Assembly (NCBI RefSeq): GCF_006345805.1 | Contig: NC_043000.1 | Location: 72,354,001-72,418,000 of the forward strand | Length of the DNA stretch: 64,000 bases | DNA from: Octopus sinensis | Taxonomy: Eukaryota | Direction: 5' to 3' | In this document: piece after piece, positions 52,700 through 63,999 of the stretch | Layout: each line of letters begins with the position of its first letter | Numbering within the stretch: position 1 is the first letter of the stretch | Program-made: the position numbers and the translations under genes | The notes under the pieces: generated by a model | Told to the model about the DNA's origin: nothing | What the model saw: the letters and a program-made list of their open reading frames with translations, nothing else | The model's database searches: none

Positions 52700-55030
52700 T
52701 CCAGTTTCAGCTTATGAGCTGTGGCCATGCTGGGGCACCGCCATTTGGTGTTGCTACTTGGTTTCACTTCATGAAGGCTTTCTAGCAGCTGCTATTTGGT
52801 GCATGAGAGAGTTCGATGCAGCTGCCCTCATCTGCACCTCCTGCCGTGAAGTTGGTTCATCTGGGACACCTGACAGGAAGAGATCCAGCTTCATTTTAAA
52901 GACATCTGTATCCACCCCATGCAGGTCTCTCAGGTTCTTCGGGAGGATATTGAAGAGCTGTGGGCCTCGGAAGCCCAGGCTATCACAGAATCTTGTCCTA
53001 CATCTTGATGGCAAGTTTGGAGTCCTAGGCACCACGCAGTGGCGCCCAGTTCTGGCATTTGCGTAACTCTCGATGCCAAAGTTCAGGACACTTCCCTCCA
53101 GGATCTTCCAGATGTATATTATGGCATATCTTTCCCGCCTACGCTCCAGGGAATATAATTTTAATTTCCTGAGTCTTTCCCAGTAGCTTACATTCTGCAT
53201 AGAGGCTATCTTCTTCGTGTAGCTACGTTGGATCGCCTCGAGCTCTGTGATCAACTTGACACTGGATGGTGACCATAACTGAGAGCAGTAGTCAAAGTGG
53301 CTTAGGACAAGTGTCCTCCAGAGGACCATCATGGTTTCTTCTTCTCTTGTTCTAAAGGTTCTGAGGATCCATCCGGCCAGTCGTCTACATTTCATTGCCA
53401 ATTTAGCAACATGTACACGAAAGGTCGCGTCATCACTCATGTAAATACCCAGGTCACGCACTGATTGTGCCTCTGGGATTGCTATTCCTCCGGGTCCAGT
53501 GTATTCATTGGGTATTGCATTTAGTTTTGCATGCTGATAGTATAGAGCTTGAAACTTTTCAGCATTGAACTGCATGCTATTCTTTTCGGCCCACTTGTAT
53601 ATTTTGTCTAGCTCACATTGCAGGTGTTTAGTGTCCTCAGGGTTCTGTATTGCCTGTGAGACTTTTGTATCATCTGCATAACTTGTGATCGTGGCTCTCT
53701 GCGTGGCTGAGGGCATGTCTGAGAGGGCCATTATGAACAGTAGTGGTCCCAGAACAGTGCCCTGCGGAACACCGCTCACTATTTGCGTGTTAATGGAAGT
53801 GGCCCCATTGGCCACTACCACCTGACTTCTATCTTTCAGAAAGTCATGAAGCCATTCTCCCAGTTTTCCAACTATGTTGAGATCACGCAGTTTGTGACAT
53901 ATCATTCCATGATCGACTTTATCAAAGGCCTTTGCAAAGTCGAGATATATCACTTCCACATTTGAGTGGTTGAGCAGCCGTTTCAGCACCCAGTCATAGT
54001 GTTGTAGGAGCTGAGTTAAACAGCTTCTCCCTGGTCGGAAACCATGTTGGGTGTCGGGCAGCAAGTCATTTTCTTCAAGGAAGGTGATCAGCTTCCTTCT
54101 GACTATTCGTTCCATGACCTTGCTGATGTGTGAGGTCAGAGAGATAGGTCTATAGTTCTTGGCTTCCGCTCTGCTACCTCCTTTATGAATGGGGCATATT
54201 TTACCTTCCTTCAGTTTTCTTGGAAGTTTGCCAGCTGCAAGGAAGCTCTGAAAGAGGAACTGCAGTGGTCTTGCTAGGACTCTCTTACATGCTTTTAGGA
54301 GGATTGCCGGGAATCCATCGGGGCCAGTAGCTGAGTCTGTTTTCATTTCATCTAAACACACTTCTAAACACACTGCCACACATACATAGGCGCACACACA
54401 CATACATGTAGGCAATTTCTCACACCCAAACGCTATAGCACTCATTCTTAAAACAATTCGAATTTTAACACCAGTCATACAGAATACATTCTCACTCTTT
54501 GATTTTCCTGTAGCCCTCCCCCCTGTTAGTCGTTTCTTTGGCATACCTGTAGAAAGCTTTGGGGTTAGATTTTATGTTGTCTATAGCCCAGGCTTCTTTG
54601 TCTGCTCTTTCCTTTTCATGGGAGGGTTTCAGACATTTTTCGATTTCCAACAGTTTTATTTTTAGGCGGGACTTTTCAATGCTTTCAATCTGTTTGTTTA
54701 GGCGATTTGAAAATTTTGTACGCCGTCTCATTAGAATTTTCCTCTCTCTGGGGATTTTGTTCTTGTGTACAGTGGCCTTTCTCTCTGGGACATATTTGTA
54801 GCATATGGCTTGCATTACAGACATGAATTGTTGAAGTTTCACGTCGATGTCTGGCGAGGAGAGACATTTAGGTTCAAAAGTACAGATATTCACCATATAA
54901 TTTGGAATATCGAATGTCGTAAATTAGATAATGACATAGTCTTGTCTCAGAGGAGCATCGGATTTGTGGCCGGGCACAATCAAAATTCGAACTGGTGTGC
55001 AATTACATTGGGTTAGAAAATTGTCCAACA
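52700..55030 (-). mobile_element. 5'-truncated CR1/L2-group LINE; RT and C-terminus intact (52769-54360); foreign segment at 54361-54530
   Basis: GPDG, NYRPISLTS, QHGFRPGRSC, YLDFAKAFDKV, GVPQGTVLGPLLF, YADD, RDLG, LYSLERRRERY; upstream NPKAFYRYAK. Confidence 0.92.
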
Positions 55031-55660
55031 CTCTGGTTCTTGAGTTGTTCAGCGAACTGATTCTTTAATTACTTCCGGTTCATAACAGACGAGCATATTT
55101 AAATTCTCCCCAAATCTTTAAAGGTAGGTATCATTGCTAACTTTACTGCTTTCTCACACATTTTACTAGCTAAATAAAAAGTAGCACACATTCTTACTCG
55201 CAAAACCTGTTTTCATCGAACAATGGTTTAAGTTTTGAAAAGAAATCCTATACATACTCCTGTATCGTCGCCATAATGAGATAATTGTGGATATGTTTTA
55301 GGTAGTGCGGCGGTTTTAGAATTATGTTTAGGAATAGAATATATTATGCTTCAAGATGATTTCCCTATTCGAAATGTATTAATGTTATGTTTATGATCAT
55401 TTCAGATATTCATAATACAATCAGAAGCTTTCAATCGTGAGTTATTTTAATTGATTTTTGTATGATATTGCTTATATATAACCTAGTACATTGTTCTTTA
55501 TTTTATTTTTAATTAATTTATTTATTTATTGAGATAAGTCAAATTTGGCTGCAATTTCTAGAAGATTGAGTGACCACGCCGAAGTTCCCTCATTAGTTCA
55601 TATTACTATAATGCCGGTCTTTTTACCTGAAATTTACGATGTTGTTGGTGTTATTTTTAG

Positions 55661-55809
55661 GTAAATATACAGGACGATGCAATAAAGTAGCAGATATTGT
55701 GTTCGTATTAGATTCTTCAACCAGCATATGGAAGAGCGATTTTGAGAAACAATTGAATTTTGTTAAATACTTCGTCAAGAATTTGAATATTGGATTAGAA
55801 GCAAATCAG
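55661..55809 (+). CDS. Host exon encoding the N-terminus of a vWA (MIDAS) domain, matrilin/collagen-VI-like extracellular protein
   Basis: RCNKVADIVFVLDSSTSIWKSDFEKQLNFVKYFVKNLNIG with DxSxS. TTTTTAG acceptor (alternative AG at 55671-55672) and CAG|GTTTGT donor. Confidence 0.75.
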
Positions 55810-56127
55810 GTTTGTAGTAATTTACAAATGTACTTGTAAATATTTGATATATTTCTTGAAATTTTAGCATTTAAAAAACAAATGTCTGTAGTTGGATGTC
55901 GTCTATATGTTTTAGCTGATATTGCATCCATATGCAAACATTTAGCGTAATCCCAATGTAGGTTATTTTATGCGAGTAATAATTCAGAAAATATTGCAGT
56001 GTTTTTCCTTGACCAAATTTGCTGCACTATTATGTTCCAGTTCATTGGGGAAATAGTTGCTGTTTTCAATATTCTGTTGAAAGTTACCTACTTCAGCTCA
56101 CCAAAAAGATACAGAAGTTGCTAAGGA

Positions 56128-57406
56128 TGAGAGGCGTACCAAAAAAGAAATCAGATTTTTGCATTATTATTTTATTCACCTAGTTTTACATGTTTACACT
56201 TTTATCACCTTCAAAATATTCTCCCTTTGAAGCAATGCATCGGCCCAGACATGTTTTCCGCTCTTCGAAGTAGTCCTGGAACTCGTGCAAAGTGATACCT
56301 TTTAACACCTCCGTCTTTTTTTCTTCACCTCTTACACATCTGCAAAATGTTCTCATTTAACGACTTTCCCCATTCGGGGTATCAGAAAAATGCCACAGGG
56401 AGCAAGATCGAGCGAATAGGGAAGGTGGATAAGCGGGATCATCCCATTTGTGGCAAAAACTGTCATACACAAGGTGGTGTGCGTAGGCGCATTGTTGTGA
56501 TGAAACCCCCACTCACGACTTTGTCACAGGTAGGGTTTTTTTCATCTCCCCGCACAAACGCTTCAGAACTGCCAAGCAAAATCTGGTTAACAGTTTCACC
56601 AGGAAGAACAAATTATCTGTGAACAATTCTTTTCGCATCGATGAAACAAATCAGCATCGTCTTGACATTGGACTTCACTTGACGCGCACTTTTGGGGCTT
56701 GGTAACATTGAATGCTTCCATTGACTTGATTGCTGCTTCCATTGACTTGATTGCTGCTTCGTTTCCGGGTCGTAACCGTAGTACCAGCTTTCGTCACCAG
56801 TGATGACCTTCAAGAAAACGTCCAGATCAATTTCCAAATGTTCTTTTAGTTCACGACACACATTCAAACTTGACTGCTTTTGATATTCCGTGAGCAAGCG
56901 AAACACAAATTTTGCTGCAACTCTTTTCATTCCCAATTCCTCGCTCAAAATTCGATGGTAGGAGCTCCAGGATATACCAGTTAGTTGTTCGGTGATGGTC
57001 CTACAAGATCAGTTCATGAATTTTCATGATGCTTTCATTCGTTCGGGAGGTCGATGTTCATCCTGAACGAGGTCGGTCTTCAAGTGACAAGTGACCATTC
57101 CTAAAGCGTAGAAATCACTCGTAAACTTTGCTTATGGCACCGTCCTTGTAAGCTGTCTGAAACATGACAAGAGTTTTGGTTCTCGTTTTCCCCAGCAGAA
57201 AACAGAATTTCACGGAAGCACGCTGTTCTTTCGATTCAGCCATCGCAAAAATCGACGAACAGGGAAGAAGCACTTGAAAATAAAGACGCACAACGTGGCA
57301 GTACAACTTCAGTCGACGACGCCTGTTGGGAAATTTACACTGGGGGTCGCATCAAGTGTCTTCTAGCAGCAGAACGTCTCCGGTTACTTTTGGGTACCCC
57401 CTCATA
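56128..57406 (-). mobile_element. Near full-length decayed mariner element, same family as 39558-40562
   Basis: EQRASVKFCFLLGK, ITGDESWYYGYDPETKQQS, KTMLICF, HHNNAP, PYSLDLAP; TIR-like ends. Confidence 0.9.
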
Positions 57407-57611
57407 TGTGACGGTTGCGACGCAGCTTTATAGCTCATATTAAATTTATCACTCACGAGTGAAACGAAAATCATTGCCCGGCACAGAATATGAAATGGAG
57501 GACATGCTAAAAGTAATGAGAACATAAACTCTTCGCTCAACATGATGAAAGTCTTTTCCTTCACGTGTATATGTATACGTGTGTGTAGAGAGATAGATTT
57601 ATATATATGTT

Positions 57612-57857
57612 TATAATCGATTAAGGAAACAGAAGACGGATTTGGTATTAGTCTTTATTTTGTACGACGATCGTTTCGACCCATTCTGCGTCTGTCCCTC
57701 ATGGGTGGGACGCTGTGCATCATATTGAGTTGCATTAATTTTGCAGACTGGATTATACCAGGTACATTCATACATAAAGTGTCTCGCTAAAGATCTTGAA
57801 ATCGGGCGGTCATAAAGATCAGTACAAATTCCATCTTCTGCTTTCTTAATCGATTAT
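57612..57857. repeat. ~245-bp element bounded by ~28-bp imperfect inverted repeats
   Basis: ATAATCGATTAAGGAAACAGAAGACGGA vs reverse complement ATAATCGATTAAGAAAGCAGAAGATGGA. Confidence 0.7.
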
Positions 57858-58017
57858 TGTCTCAACTAACACTGCTGAATTCCTGAAGTAGATCCAACGG
57901 AAATATACCCCAACTGCAGATGATACGAGGTAGCCCAAACCGTGCCAGGGCTTTACTCGACACATCAACACCCTAATTGACATATACCCATTAGTCCCAA
58001 ATATTAGACAGACAGAC

Positions 58018-58018
<1 letters not shown>

Positions 58019-58104
<86 letters not shown>
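58019..58104. repeat. (GATA)n microsatellite
   Basis: Directly visible. Confidence 0.95.
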
Positions 58105-58105
<1 letters not shown>

Positions 58106-59067
58106 CAAAACAGTTTGATTCAGATACCTTGGTACTCTGAATTTTAAGCGTGTAGCTAGTCTTTGGCCTTTGAGATCTGAATATCTGAATGAGAGTTCGA
58201 TTGAAGAGAGTTAAAGTTTATTACTGGACGTTAGCCCGCGGTATATCAGCTTGATGATGATAATCCAGCGACAGCAATTAGTTGGAAAATAATGCATGGC
58301 GAACAGAAAATCGATCGCGTGGTGGACAAGAAATCGGCCGTGTGGTTGGGGAGAAGTCGGAAAGAGTGGTAGATATAGGCTATATGTGTATATATGTACA
58401 TGTATATGTCCATATATCTGCGTGTATGCGTCCGTACATATACGAATATTATGTGCGTTAGATGTACATTCATACATCCACAGGCATGCACACACACTCA
58501 CACATACACACGCTCATACTCACAGGCATACACATACGAAGGCATATATGCACACACACACACACACACATACACGCGTGCACATGCACACACACGCACA
58601 CACATTCACACACACACGGGAACACACACGGGCACACCTTTATCTCCATGTACATATGCACACAAGCACACGTACACGCGCGCTCACACAAATATGCATG
58701 TGTACATACTCATGCGCGGGTGCACATGTATATAGGCGTGCACGCGTGTACACACATCCATGTTCATGCATACGGTGAGCGGATGCATATAAGTAGTCAC
58801 GCACTTGCGCGTGCGCGCATATATACTCGTGTACACATACATAAAGGGTGATGTATAAGGGGTGAGAGTATGCGGGTAGACAGACATGCAGAAATGTTGG
58901 GGATTGGTGATTTGCGGTTCTGTTCATGGGGGTTAATTTGTAATGGTGACCTTCGTGCAGGCGGTGCTGGGCCATGACTGGTACTAAAGATGTGTATCCG
59001 GGTTGTCGGTGGTTAGTGCTTGAAATTTACCAGAAGGGTGTACTTCTGGTGACAACAATACGATGCC

Positions 59068-59950
59068 TCATATTTCTTGTTGATGGATACTACGGGTTAG
59101 TAGATGGTGCCTAGGGATGCTATCGGATGGTGTAAGGGTGGCTCTGTATACTACAGCCCTTGAGAGGCAGGATCCTCCTAGAGGGTAGGTGCAAAAGTTG
59201 CAGGCTGGGCTTGGAGTTTGTATAGGTGGGTTTTTATGGTTGTTGATGCATGCAGTGTTAGATGCGATGTTGTCTAAGCAGGAGTAGCTTACCATGACAT
59301 TATAGAGGTTGAAGAGTTTGTAATACTTATGGCCTCTGGGAAAATGTTTCTTTATTAGCCACATGAAGCCCTGGCAACTTTGAAGAAACTTCTAGGTTAA
59401 ATGGGAATGGGGTTATACCAGATTATTTTCCTTTACCTAATTCTCTTGGGGTGACGAGAGGGAGTTTAGGGTTCGTCTACATACGTGAGCTTCTCAGAAA
59501 ATCCGCTCCAAGCAAAAGCATGGTGGGAGCAACCCTATGGAAGATCTCCATGTTGGCTGAGAGTTTACACACCAATTTACTAATGCATGAAACCAGGTTT
59601 CTAATTACAGCGGGCTGGGAGATTGAGTTCTTGTGGATATACACCGTTTCTTTATTAGGCTTCCTGTATGGGTAGTATTTGCCTGTGTTCAGGCATGTCC
59701 AAGTTCCATGTTCAGATTATATCCAAGATATCGACCGAAGTCAGTTTGGTGGTAACCGTTATGGATAGGCCGAACTCTTCAAATCAAGTCCTTCCTGTCT
59801 ATGGTGTGGTCATTCATGTGTCTTGAAATAGCCAGGCCATCGTGCCTAAAGAGGGCCGACCTATGTAGATGGGTACGTCTCTTGAGGGTATCCATGATAC
59901 CCGACGAGGTCGGCGATTTCAGCTCCATAGAGACATCAAACAATGGGTCG
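59068..59950 (-). mobile_element. Decayed Neptune-like PLE (RT C-terminus, thumb, zinc linker, start of GIY-YIG)
   Basis: LFRHDGLAI (YRDD-like), PYRKPNKETVYIHKNS, LIKKHFPRGHK..VSYSCLDN..CNFCTYPLGGSCLSRAVVYRATL. Confidence 0.75.
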
Positions 59951-59967
59951 CCTTCTGTATATATATA

Positions 59968-60082
<115 letters not shown>

Positions 60083-60384
60083 GTGTGTGTGTGTGTGTTT
60101 GTGTGTGTCTGTTTGTGTGTGTGAGTTAGCTGTGATGTACAGAATTGAATATTGAGAAAAAAGTCGTCAGAATTTTGGAAAAAATCTTTTCATTCCGTCA
60201 TTATTACTAGCGTTTACGTTGCTCTCTAGAACTTGTCAAATACAATTTTGTGAATGTACAAACAGCTTGTTCATTTATATAAAGCAGATGTTTGTGGGGG
60301 TTATTTAGAAGAGAACCGCTCACGTTATCCATCTGTCTATATCTTATTCACTTCGTTCCATATGTGTCCATTTCACTTTATATA

Positions 60385-60472
<88 letters not shown>

Positions 60473-61224
60473 CATATATATATGCATATGTGGGCACAGG
60501 ATGTCGCGAAACGTGGACAACAAAAAAGTACGAAGCACGAGTACATGGGAATGAACTATTCTTTCGAACAACGAAAGTCACACATGGAAAACAAAATAAA
60601 CAACATAAAGAACGACCCTTCATCAGTTGTTGGCTGTTTTCTAGTCTCGTATTTCGAGCATTTAACAACAATATACGCTTTCGATAAAACAGTTGCTCCC
60701 GCAAAGTAAATTAGATTAAATTTGGGATTTTGTGGAGGGTCAAAAACAGGTCAGTGAAAACAAACAGGAGGGGTTGCTAACCCTAAACAAGGTCGTGGTG
60801 GCGAGCGCGTAAATCAAGCTTGAACGGGAGACAGACAAGTACACGTCTTCCTTGTTCCAGCTACAACGGAGAGAAAGTTAGGAGAAGAAAGAAAGAAAGC
60901 CGATGGTCATGTGGGAGCCACGTGAACAAGAGAAGATGAGTGAGGGAGAGAGAGAGAGTGACAGAGTAATAGGATATCTTACTCTCCGTTGTAGCTGAAA
61001 CAAGGAAGTTTCCAGAACATTTGTGTTCTCAAAACTATTTACAGCCTTGGATTTTTTATCGTATTCTGTCACTATATATATGCATACTAATACATAACCC
61101 ACGTTAGACTCCTCATTCGTATCATTATCGAACCTGGAGCTTAACCATGGCCCTATCCATAGCACTTACTTAGCGTTACCCGACACTTTTGGGTCTTTTT
61201 GACACCGACACCTCTCATACCTCA

Positions 61225-61255
<31 letters not shown>

Positions 61256-61305
61256 TCTCTTTCACTCTCTCTCACTCTCTCTCTCACTCACTCACTCTGT
61301 CCCTG

Positions 61306-61361
<56 letters not shown>

Positions 61362-61422
61362 CATATATATATATGTACATATATATAAACAGTTATATAT
61401 TATCCTATATATACATATATAT

Positions 61423-61596
61423 ATATAAACAATAAGAGAGACCACTATGCGAATCCCTTGTGCTCTAAAAATAGACGTCAAGCCGTCAAACAATGAAATC
61501 TTTGTTCTCAAATTAGCAAGACGCTAGATGTTTGCGAGCTAGACAAATGAAAAGAAATAAACATAACACTATAGTGGTCTCTCCTATTGTTTATAT
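61423..61596. mobile_element. ~174-bp MITE with 26-bp terminal inverted repeats in TA context
   Basis: ATATAAACAATAAGAGAGACCACTAT ... ATAGTGGTCTCTCCTATTGTTTATAT (25/26). Confidence 0.75.
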
Positions 61597-62080
61597 TTAA
61601 ATAGAATTCATGGTCCTCAGACGTTTTTTTAATTATGCTGACCACTGGTTGAAATTGATGTTATTTTCTACTCTTGTATATACTTTTTTCTATATATATT
61701 TTTAATGCATCATTTCACTCAAACCAAAATTATTCACTGCTGAATTATATGGTTATTAACACGGTCGAAATAAACGATACCGGATTTTTAAAATTGTATT
61801 CTGTATATAAGTACGATCAACGTATTTACGGTGCGGAACTTTTTCTCTTCCACAGGTATGTATTTTGTTCGTGTTCGAGGTTGTATTACACTCATGATAG
61901 AAAAAGAGATTGCCCCTTAATGTTGAGATAAGTTGATATGTAATTGGACCATTTCATGAATCTGTTACGTTTATTTGCATGAGTACAAGTGTTATTTTTA
62001 TGCTGATATGTCAGGTAGTCTTCAGACATTAGCGTCTTCTAATATGCAGTGCGACTCGTATACGTACTTGTTTGCCCCTG

Positions 62081-62112
<32 letters not shown>

Positions 62113-62216
62113 AATATATAAATTTATAAATAAGGATAATATCGATATTTAAATATCGATATTATCAAGTGGCCAGCATGGGAAAAAAATACCATACAAA
62201 GGTAATAATTTTTTAG

Positions 62217-62498
62217 AACTAAAAATAAGGGTGTCTAAGAGACCCCACCATGCCGAAATAGCAGTCAAATTCCTGACCCTAAAAGCAACCTTAAACGTTC
62301 ATATCGCACCATGAGATAAGACAGAGGGACAAATTAGACTAGCAAAATAGACTATTCAGTAATATCTTTTTGCTAGTATATTTTCTCCCTCTGTTTTATC
62401 TCATGGTGCGATATGAACATTTAAGGTGGCTTTTAGAGTCAGGGATTTGACTGCTATTTCGGCATGGTGATGTCTCTTAGACACCCTTATTTTTAGTT
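62217..62498. repeat. ~280-bp foldback (long imperfect palindrome)
   Basis: The ~113-bp left arm is the reverse complement of the right arm with a few mismatches; the spacer is partly self-complementary. Confidence 0.9.
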
Positions 62499-62651
62499 AT
62501 ATATATATATATTACGGAGATATACTTGCATAGCAAGTGACTTGATCTGAGATCGTGTGCTGGAACGAAAACAATTGCAGCGTGGAAGGTGTTTATAAGC
62601 CATTTAAGAAACACACAAAACCGTTAGATTCACTTCAACATTTAAATTTAA

Positions 62652-62702
62652 TTTGTCAAAATATTTTCGTCGCTTTGAGACCGCGACCTGTTCACTGACA
62701 AA
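62652..62702 (-). ncRNA. Minimal hammerhead with variant core GUGAACA (G3-C8)
   Basis: UUUGUCA GUGAACA G GUCGC-9nt-GCGAC GAAA AUAUU U UGACAAA. Confidence 0.6.
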
Positions 62703-62724
62703 GCTTCGTGCTGCATCATTTGTT

Positions 62725-62756
<32 letters not shown>

Positions 62757-62964
62757 TGTAAGTAGGTGAATGAATTATCCTATGTTTATCGTCAGCATGG
62801 AAAATTCGTTTAACCGAAACCTGGGTAGCAAATTCCCGTCAGAAAACACGGTTGAAGCGACCTGTAGAGGGTAGAAACTCCGGGTTCATGGGTAGAAATT
62901 TGTGTATTGTATATGAATAAATAAAAGAATGGAGTCGAACGAAGATTTTAACAAAATTCCTTTA

Positions 62965-63046
62965 CTCTCGACACATGTTTCGAAGACAGCATATTTTCAT
63001 TCCGAAGGAATAAAGGGTGCATTATGCAATCTTCTCATCAGGAAAG
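62965..63046 (-). ncRNA. Intact hammerhead ribozyme in the 3' terminal repeat of the GIY-YIG element; predicted cleavage between 62970 and 62969
   Basis: CUUUC CUGAUGA GAAGA..GCAUA/UAUGC..UCUUC GAAAC AUGU GUC GAGAG. Confidence 0.85.
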
Positions 63047-63495
63047 CAAAAGAAGCCTCTCTCAACAACAAGACAAACAAAAATTTCGATGATTGCCTAC
63101 ATGGTAACCAAAGCGATAATGAGTTGTTTTTTTTTAAATCCGTTATAAGCATTGACGTCAAAAATGGATAGTAGAAGGAAGTAAAAATAGGTAGGGGACA
63201 GTATGTTTGCTGTATGTATGGAAATGTGTGGGTGTGTGCTTGTGTTAATGAGTGCGTGTGTTTGTGTGTGTGTGTATGTGTGTGTGTAAATAACTGCATT
63301 TGTGCCTGTGTGTGTGATTGTGTGTGTGGGAGAGAGACAGACGATAGGTAGTAGTAAGGGAAGATATAAAGGAGTAATAGGTAGGGAAGGGGAAGTGTAC
63401 GTTGATTGAAAGAATGTTCGGAGACAGGAAAGAATTTCTCTATAGTAGTGGTGTGGACGTGAAGCTAAATGTTAAAACCACAGTGACTATCGTTA

Positions 63496-63999
63496 TCATT
63501 TATATGAGTAGAAAGTATGTTTCTGCCAATGTTTACATTTGTACGATTTTTCTATGAGTGTGTTTACTAGGGGAACCTTAGAGAAAAGAATATGGAAGAG
63601 CTCAGAGTTACAAATGTTACAAAACCTCCTGCCCTTATCAAAAGGAAAGGATACAGACAATATGAACCAATCCAGCTTGAAAGTTATATTGTTGTCTTTA
63701 AGACGCCAAACTAATTTACTTAGTCCTGTACTATGTCGTTTTTTCCTATCTCTGAATGTCGAATAGTGGTTAGAAATTCTCTTGGATAACTGAGAAGTGG
63801 ACGCTCCTATATAGAAGAAAACATCGGTACCGGAAGAAATTCTACACTGGTAAATGGAATTCTTAATTTTTGAATTACTAGACAAAAATTTAATTCTGTT
63901 AGGGTTGTCCTCCGAGATCGAGACGAAGTTTTTATTGTTATGATTGTTGTCCTTATTATTACTAGCGCTAACAACTACACTATTTCTATTATTATTAGT
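63496..63999 (-). CDS. Asn-rich region + intact GIY-YIG endonuclease, diverged paralogue of 47776-48516; frame open to the window edge
   Basis: TNNNRNS..NNKDNNHNNKNFVSISEDNPNRIKFLSSNSKIKNSIYQC..FYIGAS..CNICNSE..KCKH. Confidence 0.85.
   Translation of the reverse strand, partial: TNNNRNSVVVSASNNKDNNHNNKNFVSISEDNPNRIKFLSSNSKIKNSIYQCRISSGTDVFFYIGASTSQLSKRISNHYSTFRDRKKRHSTGLSKLVWRLKDNNITFKLDWFILSVSFPFDKGRRFCNICNSELFHILFSKVPLVNTLIEKSYKCKHWQKHTFYSYK

Noticed and set aside
54361-54544. N-terminus of the 591-aa ORF as a novel domain
   Set aside because: Derived from an inserted non-coding segment; the true ORF2 continues upstream in another frame.
58380-58850. Long cryptic purine-pyrimidine alternating tract (Z-DNA prone; His/Thr-rich ORFs)
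   Set aside because: Degenerate (CA)/(TA) microsatellite, common in this kind of genome.
60600-60660. CUGAUGA on the minus strand (60620-60626)
   Set aside because: No correctly spaced stem II, GAAA and NUH geometry found.
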